Below are positions 26,104 through 39,762 of a stretch of DNA of 64,000 bases, one piece after another. A program made the translations under genes and the position numbers. The DNA comes from Squalus acanthias (Eukaryota). Each line of letters starts with the position of its first letter. Position 1 is the first letter of the stretch. The notes beneath the pieces are model-generated. The model made no database searches, was not told where the DNA came from, and worked only from the letters and a program-made list of their open reading frames with translations. The stretch lies in contig CM059433.1 in assembly GCA_030390025.1 (NCBI GenBank), positions 24,926,001-24,990,000 on the forward strand, in the 5' to 3' direction.

Positions 26104-28269
26104 GTGGACATGTTGAATAATTACTTTGCGTCAGTATTTGCAGTAGAGGAAGAGGATAGCATGCCGGGAATCCCAAAGAAACTAATATTGAATCGGGGAC
26201 AGGGACTCAATAAAATGAACGTAAGTAAATTAACAGTAATGAAGAAAATAATGGCACTAAAGAGTGACAAATCCCCAGGGCCAAATGGTATCCATCCCAG
26301 AGTTTTAAAGGAAGTAGGTGAGCACATTGCAGATGCACTAACTATAATCTTCCAAAGTTCTCTAGATTCAAGAACCGTCCCTTTAGATTGGAAAATTTTG
26401 CATGTCACTCTGCTTTTTAAGAATAGCGAGAGAGGGAAACCAGGGAATTATAGACCAGTTAGCCTAACATCTATTGTCGGGAAATTGCTAGAGTCTATAA
26501 TTAAGGATAAGGTGACTGAACACCTCGAAAATTTTCAGTTGATCAGAGAGAGCCAGCATGGATTTGTGAAAGATAGGTCATGCCTGACTAACCTGATTGA
26601 ATTTTTTGAAGAGGTGACTAAAGTAGCGGACAGGGGAATGTCTATGGATGTTATTTATATGGACTTCCAGAAGGCATTTGATAAAGTCCCACATAAGAGA
26701 CTGTTATCTAAGGTAGAAGTCCACGTTGAGGGCAAATTATTGACCTGGTTAGGAAATTGGCTGAGCGGCAGGAGACAGAGTAGGGATAATGGGTAGGTAC
26801 TGAAATTGGCAGGATGAGACTAATGGTGTCCCGCAGGGATCTGTGTTGGGGTCTCAACTATTCACAATATTTATTAACGACTTAGATGTTGGCATAGAAA
26901 GTTATATATCCAATTTGCCAATGACACAAAGATAGGTGGCATTGTAGGCAGTGTAGATGAAGGCATAACATTACAAAGGGATATTGATGGATTAAGTGAA
27001 TGGGCAAAACTGTGGCAAATGGATTTCAATGTAAGCAAATGTGAGGTCATCCACTTTGGACCTAAAAAGGATAGAACAGGGTACTTTCTAAATGGTAAAA
27101 AGCTAAAAACAGTGAATGTCCAAAGAGACTTAGGGGTCCAGGTATATAGATCATTAAAATATCATGAACAGGTACAGAAAATAATCAAAAAGGCTAATGG
27201 AATGCTGGCCTTTATATCTAAAGGACTAGAATACAAGGGGGTAGAAGTTATGCTGCAGCTGTACAAAACCCCAGTTAGACCACACCTGGAGTACTGTGAG
27301 CAGTTCTGGACACCATACCTTAGGAAGGATATATTGGCCTTGGAGGGAGTGCAGTGTAGGTTTGCCAGAATGATACCCGGACTCCAAGGGTTAAATTACG
27401 AGGAGCGATTACGCAAATTAGGGTTGTATTCCCTAGAATTTAGAAGGTTAAGGGGTGATCTGATCTAAGTTTTCAGGATATTAAGGGGAACAGATAGGGT
27501 AGATAGAGAGAAACTATTTCTGCTGGTTGGGGATTCTAGACTAGGAGGCATAGTCTAAAAATTAGAGCCAGACCTTTCAGGAGTGAAATTAGGAAACATT
27601 TCTAAACACAAAGGGTGGTAGGAGTTTGGAATTCTTTTCTGCAAATGGCAATTGATGCTAGATCAATTGTTAATTTTAAACCGGAGATTGATAGCTTTTT
27701 GTTCACCAAAGGGATTAAGGGATATGGGCCAAAGTAAGACCGCAGATCAGCCATGATCTCATTGACTGGCGGAACAGGCTTGAGGGGTAAATTGGCCTAC
27801 TCCTGTTCCTATGGAGGCACGACAAGTGCCGGCAGCTCGCTGCAATTATGACAGTGAGGCCAATTTCTGTCGTGCCTCATGGTTCGGGTGCTGCTGGAGC
27901 ACCTCATTATTTATGAGCCCCAAAATGGGTCATAATGAATTTCTCGCCCGATGGTTTAAAAGGCAAGTGGATGTGTTTCTGAACAGAAGGGATTAAGAGA
28001 AAGCTGATTTTCTCTCTGTTTGCTAGGTGTATTGAAATGGTAAAGCCCACTTTAATAAGCAGCCTACAACCTTTCTCCTATGGTGGGAAGATGGGTAGAT
28101 GGTGCTCAAATCAATCAGAAAGGAATGAGCATGTTATGACCTTTTCCGTTACTAAATATTTCTCTCATTCTTGTGTATCATTTGATGTTAGAACTGTCAT
28201 TCAGCTCATTTTGATTTTGTTTGCCTTGCCATAAAACTATCTTTCCTCTTTCCGTTGTTAGTACAAACG

Positions 28270-31090
28270 TCATACGAACAATGATGGACAGTTAAGATCC
28301 TCTGGTCCATCGATCCTGTCCCACACAATTGTGATATTTTGTGTATCCCAACATATACACTCTCCACCCCACCCAAAACCAGGTGATCTCCTGGGAGAGG
28401 CAAAAAAACAGATAAAAGCCCAGGCCAATTTGGGGAAAAAATCTGGGAAATTTATCTCGGACCCATCTAGGTGATTGAAACGAGTCCAGGAGATCACTCT
28501 GGCCCTGAATTCCCTGCAGTATGAACCTTCTGTAAGAAGTGATCTCCGCCCCAGCCAGAAACAGGTCCAGCTCTCGCGTGGAGGAATTCAGCAAACATTT
28601 AAAACGGTGTTCAACAGAGTCCAGGAAAAATATATTCTGCTAAAAAACAAGAACAAGCTAAACACTAATGATACACCATGGATGAATAAAGCTGTAAGGG
28701 AAAAATTGAGGGGAAGGAAAGAAGCAAACATTAAGTACATGGACAGCAGGGAGAGCATGATAAGGGAAAATACGAAGAGATTAGGAGAGAAGTCAAAAAA
28801 ACAATTAGGAAGGTAAAGAAGAACTATCAAATTAAATTATCAAGGAACATAAAACAAAATAGTAAAATATTTTACAGGCACATCAATAAAAACAGGAAGG
28901 TTGGGATGGGAATCGGGCCACTAAGGGATAGACAGGATAATACCACAAGCAGTGATAGAGAGATGGCAGAAATATTAAATAATTACTTTGCTTCAGTATT
29001 TACTAGGGAGATAGAACAGGTGGACATGACATTGGATCATGAGATTAGTAATGAAATAACTGTATTTAAAATAAAAAGATATATTAAATAAACTAATCAA
29101 ACTCAAAGAAAAAAAAACACGGTTTACATCTGTGCATTTTAAAAGAATCTAGGGATGAGATAGCAGAGGCATTACTACACATATTTAATAATTCATTAGA
29201 AAAAGGTGTGGTGCCAGAGGATTGGCGTATAGCTAACATAATACCTATATTTAAGAAGGGAGATAGAACATGCCCAGGGAATTATAGACCAGTCAGCTTA
29301 ACATCGTTGGTAGGAAAAATAATGGAACTCCTACTAAAGGAGAAAATAGAAGAACATCTAGAAGCCAAAAATATAATAATGAATAGTCAGCATGGATTTC
29401 AAAAGGGAAAGTCTTGCTTGATCAACCTCATTGAATTTTTTGAAGAGGTAATGGAGAGAATAGACAAAGGTAATGCAGTAGATGTAATTTATCTAGATTT
29501 TCAAAAGGCCTTCGAGAAGGTACCCCATAATAGACTGATGAACAAGGTCAGAGAATGTGGAGTCAGGGGATAAGTAGCAGAATGGATAGCTAGCTGGCTT
29601 CAAGAGAGAAAGCAGAGAGTGGGGTAAAGGGTAGCTATTCACAGTGGCAGAAGGTGGGTAACGGTGTTCCACAAGGATCAGTGCTGAGACCACTGTTGTT
29701 CACAATTTACATTAACGATTTAGACTTTGGAATCAAAAACACAATTTCTAAATTTGCGGATGACACCAATTTGGGGGGAGGGGGGGATAATTAATACTGA
29801 GGAGGACTGCAACAAATTACAGGAAGACATTAATAAACTTGCAGAATGGGGATATAATTGGCAAATGAAATTCAACACAGATAAATGTGAGGTATTACAT
29901 TTTGGTAGGAAGAATAGGGAGGTCACTTATTACTTGGAGGGTGCGAATCTGGGTGGGATAGAGGAACAAAGGGATCTCGGAGTACAAATACACAACTCAC
30001 TAAAAGTAGCGACATAGGTTAACAAGTCCATAAAAGAGCAAACCAAGCACTAGGGTTTATTTCTAGAGGGATAGAATTGAAAAGTAGTGAAGTTATGCTA
30101 AACTTGTATCGAACCTTGGTTAGACCACACTTGGAGTACTGCATACAATTCTGGTCGCCATATTATAAAAAGGATATAGAGGCATTGGAGAGGGTGCAGA
30201 GAAGATTTACATGGATGATACCAGAAATGCGAGGGTATACCTATCAGGAAAGGATGAACAGGCTGGGCCGCTTTTCGCTTTGAAAAAGAAGGCTGAGGGG
30301 TGACCTAATTGAGGTCTTTAAAATTATGAACGGTTTTGATAGAGTAGATACAGAGAGAGTGTTTCCACTTGTGGGGAAGAGCATAACTAGAGACCATCAA
30401 TATAAGATAGTCACCAAGAAATCAAATAGGGAATTCAAAAGAAACTTCTTTACCCAGAGAGTGGTGAGAATGTGGAACTTGCTACCACAGGGAATAGTTG
30501 AGGCAAATAGTATAGATGCATTTAAGGGGAGGCTAGATAAGCATATGAGGGAGTAGGGAATAGAGGGTTGTGCTGATAGAGTTAGATGAGGAAAGACGGG
30601 AGGAGGCTCGAGTGGAGCATAAATGCCGGCATGGACTAGTTGGGCCAAATGGCCTGTTTCTGTGCCATATTTCCTATGAACCAGCATCCATCGCACGAGA
30701 TGGCAGCCTGTTCCAGAGGTCCACTATTCCCAGAACCACCTCCTGACATCTAACCTAGATCTGACCTTACATAACTTAAATTTGTGACACCTGGTCCTCC
30801 CTAACCTATTTACTTGGAATAAACTGTCAACTGGAACACAATCTATTCCCTTCATTATCTTATAAACCTCAATAAGATCACCTCTAAGTCTTCGCCTCTC
30901 TAAAGTGTAGAGTCCCAACTCTTTTAGCGTATCTTGATAACTAAGATGCTTTAGACTGGGAATTAGTCTTGTGGCCCTCCACTGCAACCTTTCCAAAGCC
31001 TCAATATCACCCACCATGTGAGGAGACCAAAACTGGACACAGTATTCCAAGTGTGGCCTGACCAAGGGCTTGTACAAGGGTATACACATT
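28270..31090 (-). mobile_element. CR1-like LINE 3' end (parts ~28270-28593 and ~30682-31090) split by another CR1
   Basis: LVRPHLEYCVQFWSP...RRLRGDLIE on the minus strand continues into RELDLFL + 3' UTR; cagca at both junctions. Confidence 0.7.
28594..30681 (+). mobile_element. CR1 LINE, 5'-truncated
   Basis: PEDWRIAN, NYRPVSLTS, DFQKAF, FADD and VRPHLEYC; 3' UTR same family as 62265-62725. Confidence 0.9.
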
Positions 31091-31380
31091 CTGTATGCAG
31101 TGTTCCATTATGGATGGGGGCACCAACATCTTGCTCATATTTAGGAGCAGCTAAGGCCTCACTTGTCGTGGGAAACTCTCCCTCACTTCAGAGAGAAGTG
31201 CTAGTGGCGCAGATCCACTGGGAGCAGAAATTCTTCTGTACCCGGTTTAAACAAAGTCCTCAACCTTCATGAAGCAAATTGGTAAGAAACTTTGTTAAAA
31301 TAGAGAACAGAGGAATTTAACTTGAACGTGTTAATCAATTTGTTAAAAATAACACACAGTATTTTCTCCTAAGTGTTTTT

Positions 31381-31437
31381 TTAATTTTTTTAATTAATAT
31401 TGAACAATTTATTTACAGTTAATGACATTACAGAGCC
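31381..31437 (-). mobile_element. 57-bp poly(A)-tailed retroposed fragment
   Basis: 15-bp direct repeat ctcctaagtgttttt at 31366-31380 and 31438-31452; minus strand has AATAAA then an A-rich tail. Confidence 0.65.
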
Positions 31438-32294
31438 CTCCTAAGTGTTTTTAGCATGGGACCAATGAGTCAAGAATTCTCAACAGCTTTAGTGTATTTC
31501 CTCCGACCATTGGGGAAAGCAGCCTATTTACTATTTTAGTGTTCCAAGTGAGACCACTTCGACCCTGAGTTAATGTACTCAACGATCGCGTTGTTGAAGT
31601 ATTTATAAGAGATACCACTGATCAGAAAGCGATCAGAAAAGACTTCAATGTCGAGGAGATGGAGGTCCGAGACAATCTTAAAAATTCCCAGGGATGGGTG
31701 GTATCTATATCAGGGTACTGAGAGAGAGAAATGACAACAATTGTGATCTAGTGATGATCATGTTGGGGATGTTGAATGCTGAGGAGGTAGTACCTTAGCT
31801 GGATTGAATCAACCAATTGTCACTCAACTGTTACTATTATTGTGCAGGTGGTGGAAAAACATCACACTGGTGCAGTATGAGGTGTTCTTGTGAGGTGAGG
31901 CTTGCGCACATTATTGGGGCAGACTAGAGGAAGCTACACATTGCATGCAATTGTGCTGTACCTGAGCTGCGAGTGCTTGACTCTGACAGGAGATGGCCGA
32001 AATGGAAAATGTTCCTATTCCCATTACTAACATCCCCTGCCTTCATGAAAACAACTTTTTAAAAAGAAAGTTCGCCAATTATATAACTTTAAGTATCCGT
32101 GCATGAAAAGTTGTATTACTACAATAAAGTAATTGAATTCTGCCCAATATTTTTTAATTACTGTGGGCTGTCAAACATACAGTAAAAGAATGACTTTCAA
32201 AGGACTGTATACATTTTGGCAGTGGTTATGTGTGCTTTTAGTACAATAATGGGTCTGCAAGCAAATTGGGAGTTTGACCTGTTATTGATCAATA

Positions 32295-32800
32295 GAAAGA
32301 ACTTTTATTGATCAGTGTCGTGCCTTTCCTGTCTACAGCATGTCCAAAGTACTTCATAGCTAATGAATTACTATTGAAGTGTAGTCACTGTTGTTATGCA
32401 GGTAAATGTGGCAGACAGCCAACCATAAACAGCAATGAGATAAATAACCTGTAAATCAGTTTTTTCTAATAGTGTTGGTTGAGGAATAAATACTGCCAGG
32501 GTACCCGGAGAACACCACTGATCTTCAAATCGGTTCCATGAGATCTATATATTCATCCGAACATTGGCATTAGTGGAAAGGAAAATTGGGTGGGGTGTAT
32601 AACAGGTAGCCGAACTGCTACCGCCCATTTTGCATCCCCCCCAAGGTTAAATTTCACCCCCACTATCTCTAAATATATAGTACTCCCTCAGTACTACAGT
32701 GAAGTGTCGACCTAGATTATGTGCTTAAGTTTTAGAGTGGGGTTTGAACCTACAAACTTTTGACTCAGAAACAAGTATGCTATCACCTAGCCAAGCTATG
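32295..32800 (-). mobile_element. Old Deu/SacSINE1-like SINE with a small MITE-like insert (~32572-32661)
   Basis: Diverged homology to 2438-2902; the insert resembles the core of 720-883. Confidence 0.65.
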
Positions 32801-32829
32801 ATGGGTCAATGTTCTGTTTTTAAAGATCG

Positions 32830-33567
32830 GGGGCTAGAGTTTCCGCTTTGGGAGCAATCTGTAATCTGGTTGCAAATTGCGCTTGGAAATTGTGCTGTTT
32901 TTCCGAAGTGAAGTTATGGTTTAAGTGTCCACTTAAACTCATTTGCAGAGTTAAAAATGTAAAATCTTCCAAGAACCAGCACAATTGGGCAGCGTAATGG
33001 AACAAAATTGGTTTTTTTTTGCATTAAAAAATATTCCTTGATGTATTTAAGTGTGGTAACATGGTGCAAATTAATTAATACAGCTGAAAATGGGTTTTTC
33101 ACAAAAAATAAGCATTTTTACTAAGGGTGTCCAGTCCTCCACTTGTGAGCAATGTGATTTTAAATAACTGAAAATGACTTTAAAAATACTATACAGAACC
33201 ATTTACTAGTTTCATTGGTGCACACTGGTCAGTTTCTTAGTAAATTAAATATTTAAAAACTTTTAAAACGTGCCGACTAGTGCCTTTGTGCCTAAAAATA
33301 CAGCTTAATTTTAAGCGCCTCCCTGAAGGGCCGCAAACAGGCGCAATCGGAGCAAACTCGCTATGCTGATTAATTCGATCAGGGGTGTAGCCATTTTTGT
33401 GGGCGGGGCAGGCTTGCAGCGCGATGTTTTTTAAACCAGTGTTAAAGATGGCAAAAACTCGATTTACGCTCGACGTAACTTGCGCTTAAAATTCCGCGAT
33501 CCTTCACGCTGGTTTGGCCGATTTCAGGTGAATTGCGCTGGTTTTACCCAGCGGAAACTCTAGGCCC
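32830..33567. mobile_element. MITE, same family as the split copy 58432-61977
   Basis: TIRs ggggctagagtttccgct / agcggaaactctaggccc. Confidence 0.85.
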
Positions 33568-34215
33568 AGATGTAATAAATGATTAGCAAAAAAAAAGATG
33601 CTTTCAAACCACATTGTAAACCCACCCATAACATTTATATCATATGTGTTCTGGCACTAAGATGCTTCCTGGGTGGCTGGTGAGAGAGGTCTTTTGATTC
33701 AATAGGTAATGGGCAGGAGCGTTCATTCACATTGCTATGGGTTCAAACCACAGATCAAGTCCTGAGGCACTGCAATCAACTTAATACATTTTTTTTGCCA
33801 TTTTAGTAATTAAATAGCAACAAGGGTGGAACTTTGAACTTTGGCGGGGGAATAAAACAAGCAGTAATGGATCAGCCCCCATTATACACCCTGCAAGATT
33901 CTCTGACCCATTAACTTCACTTATTCTGTACCACTGTCGTGCATAAATTCAAGGTGAATAATGGAGTTAATTGGAACTTCAGAATTTTATACAGAGGATT
34001 AACCACCACTTGTTGCACCATGGTTACTGGAGATTCTGGTAGATTGTGGGAATGCTGTCAGTTGCTACCCCAGAATATTTTCTTATGTGCTGCCAGCAAC
34101 CACTGGAATTAGGTTATTTAAGCCATTTGTTTCCTACAACGTCCTCTTGCTGTGTGCAGCCCGATGTTCGAAAATGACTGCTGCTTCGTAATCTCTTCTT
34201 GTATTTCTTTTACAG

Positions 34216-34260
34216 GCTAATCTCCATCTGCCAGTATCTGAGTCCACAGGGAGTAGGCCT
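34216..34260 (+). CDS. MLIP: MLIP coding exon ANLHLPVSESTGSRP
   Basis: ttcttttacag acceptor and gtaagt donor, 45 nt; continues ETKY|ANL as in MLIP. Confidence 0.85.
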
Positions 34261-35397
34261 GTAAGTATCCCATGCAACCGTTCCTGCTGGCAGGTTAAGG
34301 TTACTGTTGTCTGTGTGGGAGTAAAACTATCAGTGACACTGAAGAATCATTCATCAACAGCCGCAGCAGTTCATACTGTCTTTCACCAACTAGTTTTCTC
34401 TTACTGAGCACATATGTATAGGGGGCAAAGTAGCGATTGGTTTAGCCTTGGCTGTAGACACTTGGGTTGTATTTTCCTCTGCTATAATATTGGCAGAAAT
34501 GTGTGGAAAATGGGGTAGTGAAGCCTCCTCGCCTCAAACTGAATTTCTCTCCCCTTCTCCTGCACAGTCTGTTGTATGTAAATACCGGTAGTGGCACGGG
34601 TTTCTGGCTCGTTCCCATTCCGTCAGCACCTCTTCCTGCCACTTCCCAGCACGACCTTGGGAGCGGTGGTGGTAGGGCCCAGGTAGTGGCGGGAAGGCCC
34701 AAAAACACTCTCATTGCAGGAAGAGGGCCTGGTAGTGGCCTCCTTCTCCTTCCATTTCTGGCCCATCCACATATTTTGTAATATCTCGGTCTCGGCTGGG
34801 GCATTAAAAAAAAATTGCTTTTGTCTTCAGGCACCATCTGCCCCGTTAAGGTCCTTTGCCACATATTTGGGTGCAGCAGAGGTCGTCTGACTGCAGCACT
34901 CCGCAACTTTGCTCTGTGGCACTGGTGGGCTCCCTCTTGGTGGTGGGAATCCCACTGGCAGCCCTCCATGCATGGCATCCATGGGAATGACCCTCGACCA
35001 GAATAATGGTTAAAAAATATTCCTTTTTAAAAAAAAAAATACAGTAGCTTCATTTCATCTGCAATTCAGCAACCCACAGGCTTGTAAAACTTCAAATGTG
35101 ATCATTGAGCTCTGCTGGAGAATGAAAAAAGCAGAGCCAACGGAGGAAAATAATTGAAGTTTATTCTGTTATACCTTTTATTGATGCAGAAATCATTGGC
35201 TCCAGGCTGTGCATTGCGAACCTTTTGAAAATTGTACTTGCACAGAGATTTTCAAAGCATAAGTGTGATTTGTGGGTTGTAGATTAAATAGTTGTAAAAT
35301 TGATGAATTTCTCTTTGGGAAAATTAAAATGCCAAACAAAAGCAATCAACCAAAATATGAGTCATTTCACAGTGTTATACGAACCCAGGGTAATGCC

Positions 35398-35677
35398 CAA
35401 GTAATTGGTCGGAGGTTTAGAGGGGATTTGAGGAGAAATTTTTTCACCCAGAGAGTGGTGGGGGTCTGGAACTCACTGCCTGTGAAAGGGTGGTAGAGGC
35501 AGAGACTCTCATCACATTTAAAAAGTACTTGGATATGCACTTGAAGTGCCATAAGCTACAAGGCTACGGACCAAGTGCTGGAAAGTGGGATAAGGGTGGA
35601 GAGCTCTTTGTCGGCCGTCATGGACAAGATGGGCTGAATGGCCTCATTCTGTGCTGTAAATTTCTATGATTCTATGA
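35398..35677 (+). mobile_element. CR1 3' fragment
   Basis: RRNFFTQRVVGVWNSLP and (tctatga)n tail. Confidence 0.85.
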
Positions 35678-35721
35678 TGTACAAAGGACATGTCGGGACT
35701 TGTGCCTCAAAACAATACATT

Positions 35722-36408
35722 GGGCTGGATTTTGATACTGGGGCGGGTTGGGGTCGTGTCATCCACTTTTCGTGTTATCCACCCGACTGCAATTGGATGT
35801 AGGAGATTGATGCGATTTTCACCTAATTGGGCAATTGAGTTCCAGCATGTGGGAACCCATGACCCAATTAGTGTTTTCAGTCTGAAAGTCGCCTCTGATG
35901 ATGTCATCATTGCTGCTGCATTGAAGGTCTGCAAAGTCTGCCTGGCCTTTGCTGTGAGAGGACCTGGATGCAAAATGAGCAGCAGCAGCCCTAAGTCAGC
36001 TCCCAGATATTTTTGCACCACCACTCCCAGATATGTCTCCCATCCACCACCACTCCCAGATATGTCATCCATCCATCCAGCCAGCCATTCCCATCCACCA
36101 CCACTCCCAGATATGTCAGCCAGCCAGCCAAATGTGCTCCCGCCAGGTTTCACATTCGTGGTTCAGAACAGGCGTGCTTCACGTAGAAAAAGGGTTAAAA
36201 TCACAAAGGCCATTCAAAATGGCATTATAGAGGCAATTTAGTGCTTGTTAAGGGCCTTAACATAAGAGGCGGGATAGAGTCGGGACCAGCAGACACGATT
36301 TAATGACAATTGCGTGGAGGCGGGCTTGTGCCCGCCCGCCAGTTTTCGCAATTTTAACCCCCCACACGCCTCCAAACCCACATCCACGGGTCAATGAAAA
36401 TCCAGCCC
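35722..36408. mobile_element. MITE with internal short tandem repeats
   Basis: TIRs gggctggatttt / aaaatccagccc; TSD ATT; ccaccactcccagatatgtc repeated inside. Confidence 0.8.
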
Positions 36409-39400
36409 ATTGTGTGAATGAAAATCGTAATAAAGTGAATGGATGAATGTGTCAGTGTGGTCCGTACTGAATAAACTGGAGTCTAATTTAAAGGCTTCCA
36501 TTCCTGATTTCAATATTTCAAACCTTGCTAGAAATTGGCAGTGTATGGGTGAGGGCAACGTCAGGCTTGGCTGTGAACTTGCCCAAACGCCTTGGTCCAA
36601 TAGCTTTGTGGCACTCACAGTCAAGGCTGTGAAGAATAATCACTTGGCTGAGGTACTCAAGGTGCTGGCACCCATTTACTTATTGCATCCTGTAAGAACT
36701 GTGAAAATTGTACACCGACCTCATAAAATGCGGATCTGTACAACAAAGTCTGAAAATATGTGTATGCAATTAATTTTGTTCTTATTTTAAAACATATTTA
36801 GAGGTTTCTCAATGATTGCATCATTGTAATGCAACAATGAAATGGCTGACAGTATCTAACAACATTAGAAAAAAAATGTTCTCCATTTATATTACTCAGT
36901 GTTTTAATTGAAAAGTTCTGAATAGCCTTTGTTACAAGAAATGCAATGCGATAATCTACTCCCACTCTATTAATGATTTGTGGATGAGTCAAAGCTGCAG
37001 TTGTCTAATCTGTGTGTATGCCGCAGGGCATTAATGACTTATTCTGATTGATATTGCTGGTGTGATATACTTATGCCTTGAAGAACCACTTCTTCGATGA
37101 CCTCTCACCCTTCCTTCAAAAGTCTCCTAGGAACCCATCTGCTTGACTGTGCCTTTGCTCTTTTCCCCCAAATACTTCCTTTTCTGATCGGTGCTGACCT
37201 CTCTCCGTGTGATATGCTCCAAGACGTTCTTTTACATGCACAACGATGTTTAAATGAAAGTTGTTGTTTCTTATAATGTAGAACAGTGCCGATTTTACAA
37301 ATGAATGGACATTATTTCAGTCTTGAAAGGAGGCATCTGAGGGGTGAGCTTATATATAAAATGATTAAAGGTATGGAAAAGGTCAAATCTAAACTTATTT
37401 AATTGCGAGTATAGGGCAGGTTTAAACTAGTAAAAGGTCATTTTCAGACTGATATCAGAAAGTTCTTCTTTACACAAATGAGCGACCAATGTGTGGAATG
37501 GACTCCCAGATAAAGCTTGTTTTAGTTGTTCTTGGGATGTGGGTGACACTGAGAAGGCAGGATTGTTGTTGTCCATCCCTACTTGCCCTGAGAGCATTAA
37601 CAGTCAAACATGTGATGTGGGACTGGAATCATCGATAGGCCAGGCCAAGTTGGGGTTGTAGATTTGCTTTCTTGAAGGCGATTATCAAACCAGTTGGGTT
37701 TTTACAACAATACAGCAGATTTTCTGGTCATTTTCAGGTGCTAACCCACAAATTACCAGACTTATTGGGGGTTAAATTAGATAACCCCTGAAAACAGGTG
37801 CAGGGATCGCGTTGCGCGATTAACCCACGCTCGCTGATTGCACTGCAGGCAGGATTTCAACTTCGTGCTGCCTGCTGATTTCCATGATTTCTGCGTGCAG
37901 CCAGTGCTCCCCACGCTGTTCATTGGCTGCACGCATCAGCAGGGCGCCCAATATTGTTAGTGCCTAGCACTGCTTAAAGCTAGCCTACACCTCTTAAAGA
38001 GGAGGTGCATTGTGGCTACTGGTGGTGCTGAGCTCATTCTGAATATTGTACTGTGGAAGAATCAACAATGCCTGACCATGGGAGAGTGTGCACCAAAGTT
38101 TTCAGACGCTGCACTGGAGGATTTGGTGGAAGAGGTGGAAAGAAGGAGCGATGTCCTGTATCCTCAGGGGAGTCGGAGCCCCTCCAGACACATGCTCAGA
38201 AGGGAATGGCAAGAGATAGTGGCGGAGGTCAGTGCCAGGAGTGTAGCCCCAAGGACCTGGATGCAATGCAGGAAGAAGTTTAATGATCTCACACGAGTTA
38301 TCAAGGTCAGTGAGTGCATCTTTAAAGGTAATATCCTACCAACTGCACCACTAGCACCATCTACTGTTCAAATCACCACGCCTCCATCTCTCACCTACCA
38401 ACAATCTCTATCAATCAGGACTCATAACTACCATTCATATGCTTTACCTCACCCTTACACACTTGGCACTGTTGCAAGCCACTCACCCACATCTCAAAGC
38501 TTGCACACACTGGCAGCTATTCAACCATGACAGCCAATCACCCAAACATATTGCACGACACTCACTGACACACTTCCCTCTTTCTTGCAGGAGAAGGTGG
38601 CGCACAACCGGAGGCAGCAGGAAGTAACTGGATGGGGAGAGGCGTGCCTGCATGCTCTAACCCCCATGAAGGAGCCGGTGCTGGCCATTATGGGAAGGGC
38701 CATTGCTGAGGCTGTGGCCACTGGCGGGGCTGAAGTGATTGAAAATGAGGGTATCTGCATACCTAATCCTCCTTCTCTCATCACACTTCACCCGCATCCC
38801 TCAATCTGTTCTGACTTGCAAGCTGGAGATAGTGTAAGCATGCACTTCTTACTTTCTCCTCTCCCCTCACCATAACCCAACCCTTGTCCCTTTTTCATTT
38901 CAGATACTCAAGAACTCCAGGCGGTTGTGGAAGAGCAGGAAGACAGTGAAGATGAAGGGACATTGTCACTCGATTTCACAGTCGCAGCCACCAGCTCAGA
39001 TACTGACACCGCACGTAATTTAGAGGATAGCATAGAGGCAGGATCTGCACATGGTGAGACACCAAGCACAAGTGCGCTAGAGCCAGGGCTGGAGGAAAGG
39101 ATAGCGCAGGTGCCAGCTAGTCAGAGGGCGAAGTCACATACTAGTTCTGCTGCAGAGGACTCAGATGAGGACTTCAATGGGCCAGGTTAAAGAAAAAGAC
39201 ACACCCAAATGCTTGGTGCACTGGGAAGCCTGCCGGAAAGCTTGAATTCAATGCCAAGGAGCATGGAGGAGTCCAGCACCAACTCGGCACAGGGCTTTTT
39301 GCAGAGCTTGGAGCCCATCCTTTCCAACATGGAACAGGTGGCCACCTCCATCAACACACCTGTGGAGCTAACTGTGATGCAGCGTCTGATGGCTGATCTC

Positions 39401-39723
39401 TCAGCTTCCATTGCAGCACAAACAGCATCCACCTGACGTCTGAGTGCTGCACTGGAAGCTCAGATTGCTGTCATGCAATCTCAACTTGCTGCCATGGCAG
39501 CTCAGACTGCTGCCATCATGGCTCTGAATACCAGTGTGCAAAGGGGCTTCCAGGGCATCATAGCACCCCAGCAATCTGTTCTCTAACAGATTACTAGGAT
39601 TGCTGAGGTGCTGCCCCAGGGGAGTGGCAGTGGCTCCATGGAGCACGAACCTGCTGTCCTCTCTCAGGATAAAAATCAGAAGTCGCACAACACCAGGTTA
39701 TAGTCCAACAGATTTATTTAATT

Positions 39724-39762
39724 TTACAAGCTTTCGGAGCTGTTCGCTCCTTCGTCAGGTAA
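39724..39762 (-). ncRNA. Minimal hammerhead ribozyme motif
   Basis: Minus strand reads ttac-CTGACGA-a-ggagc-gaaca-gctcc-GAAA-gc-TT-gtaa. Confidence 0.75.

Larger units (their letters stand above)
24476..27811 (+). mobile_element. CR1 LINE, 5'-truncated, decayed endonuclease-RT
   Basis: GDFN, SDHN, NYRPVSLTS, QHGF, DFQKAFDKV and VRPHLEYC; 3' UTR; contains a MITE and a mini-LTR. Confidence 0.9.
23997..27949. mobile_element. MITE split by a CR1 insertion (arms ~23997-24475 and ~27812-27949)
   Basis: Ends ggggcagaaattca / tgaatttctcgccc; flanks aat/gat. Confidence 0.55.

Noticed and set aside
34463..35000. MITE-like segment starting gggttgtattttcc
   Set aside because: No matching right TIR or TSD found, so boundaries are unsupported
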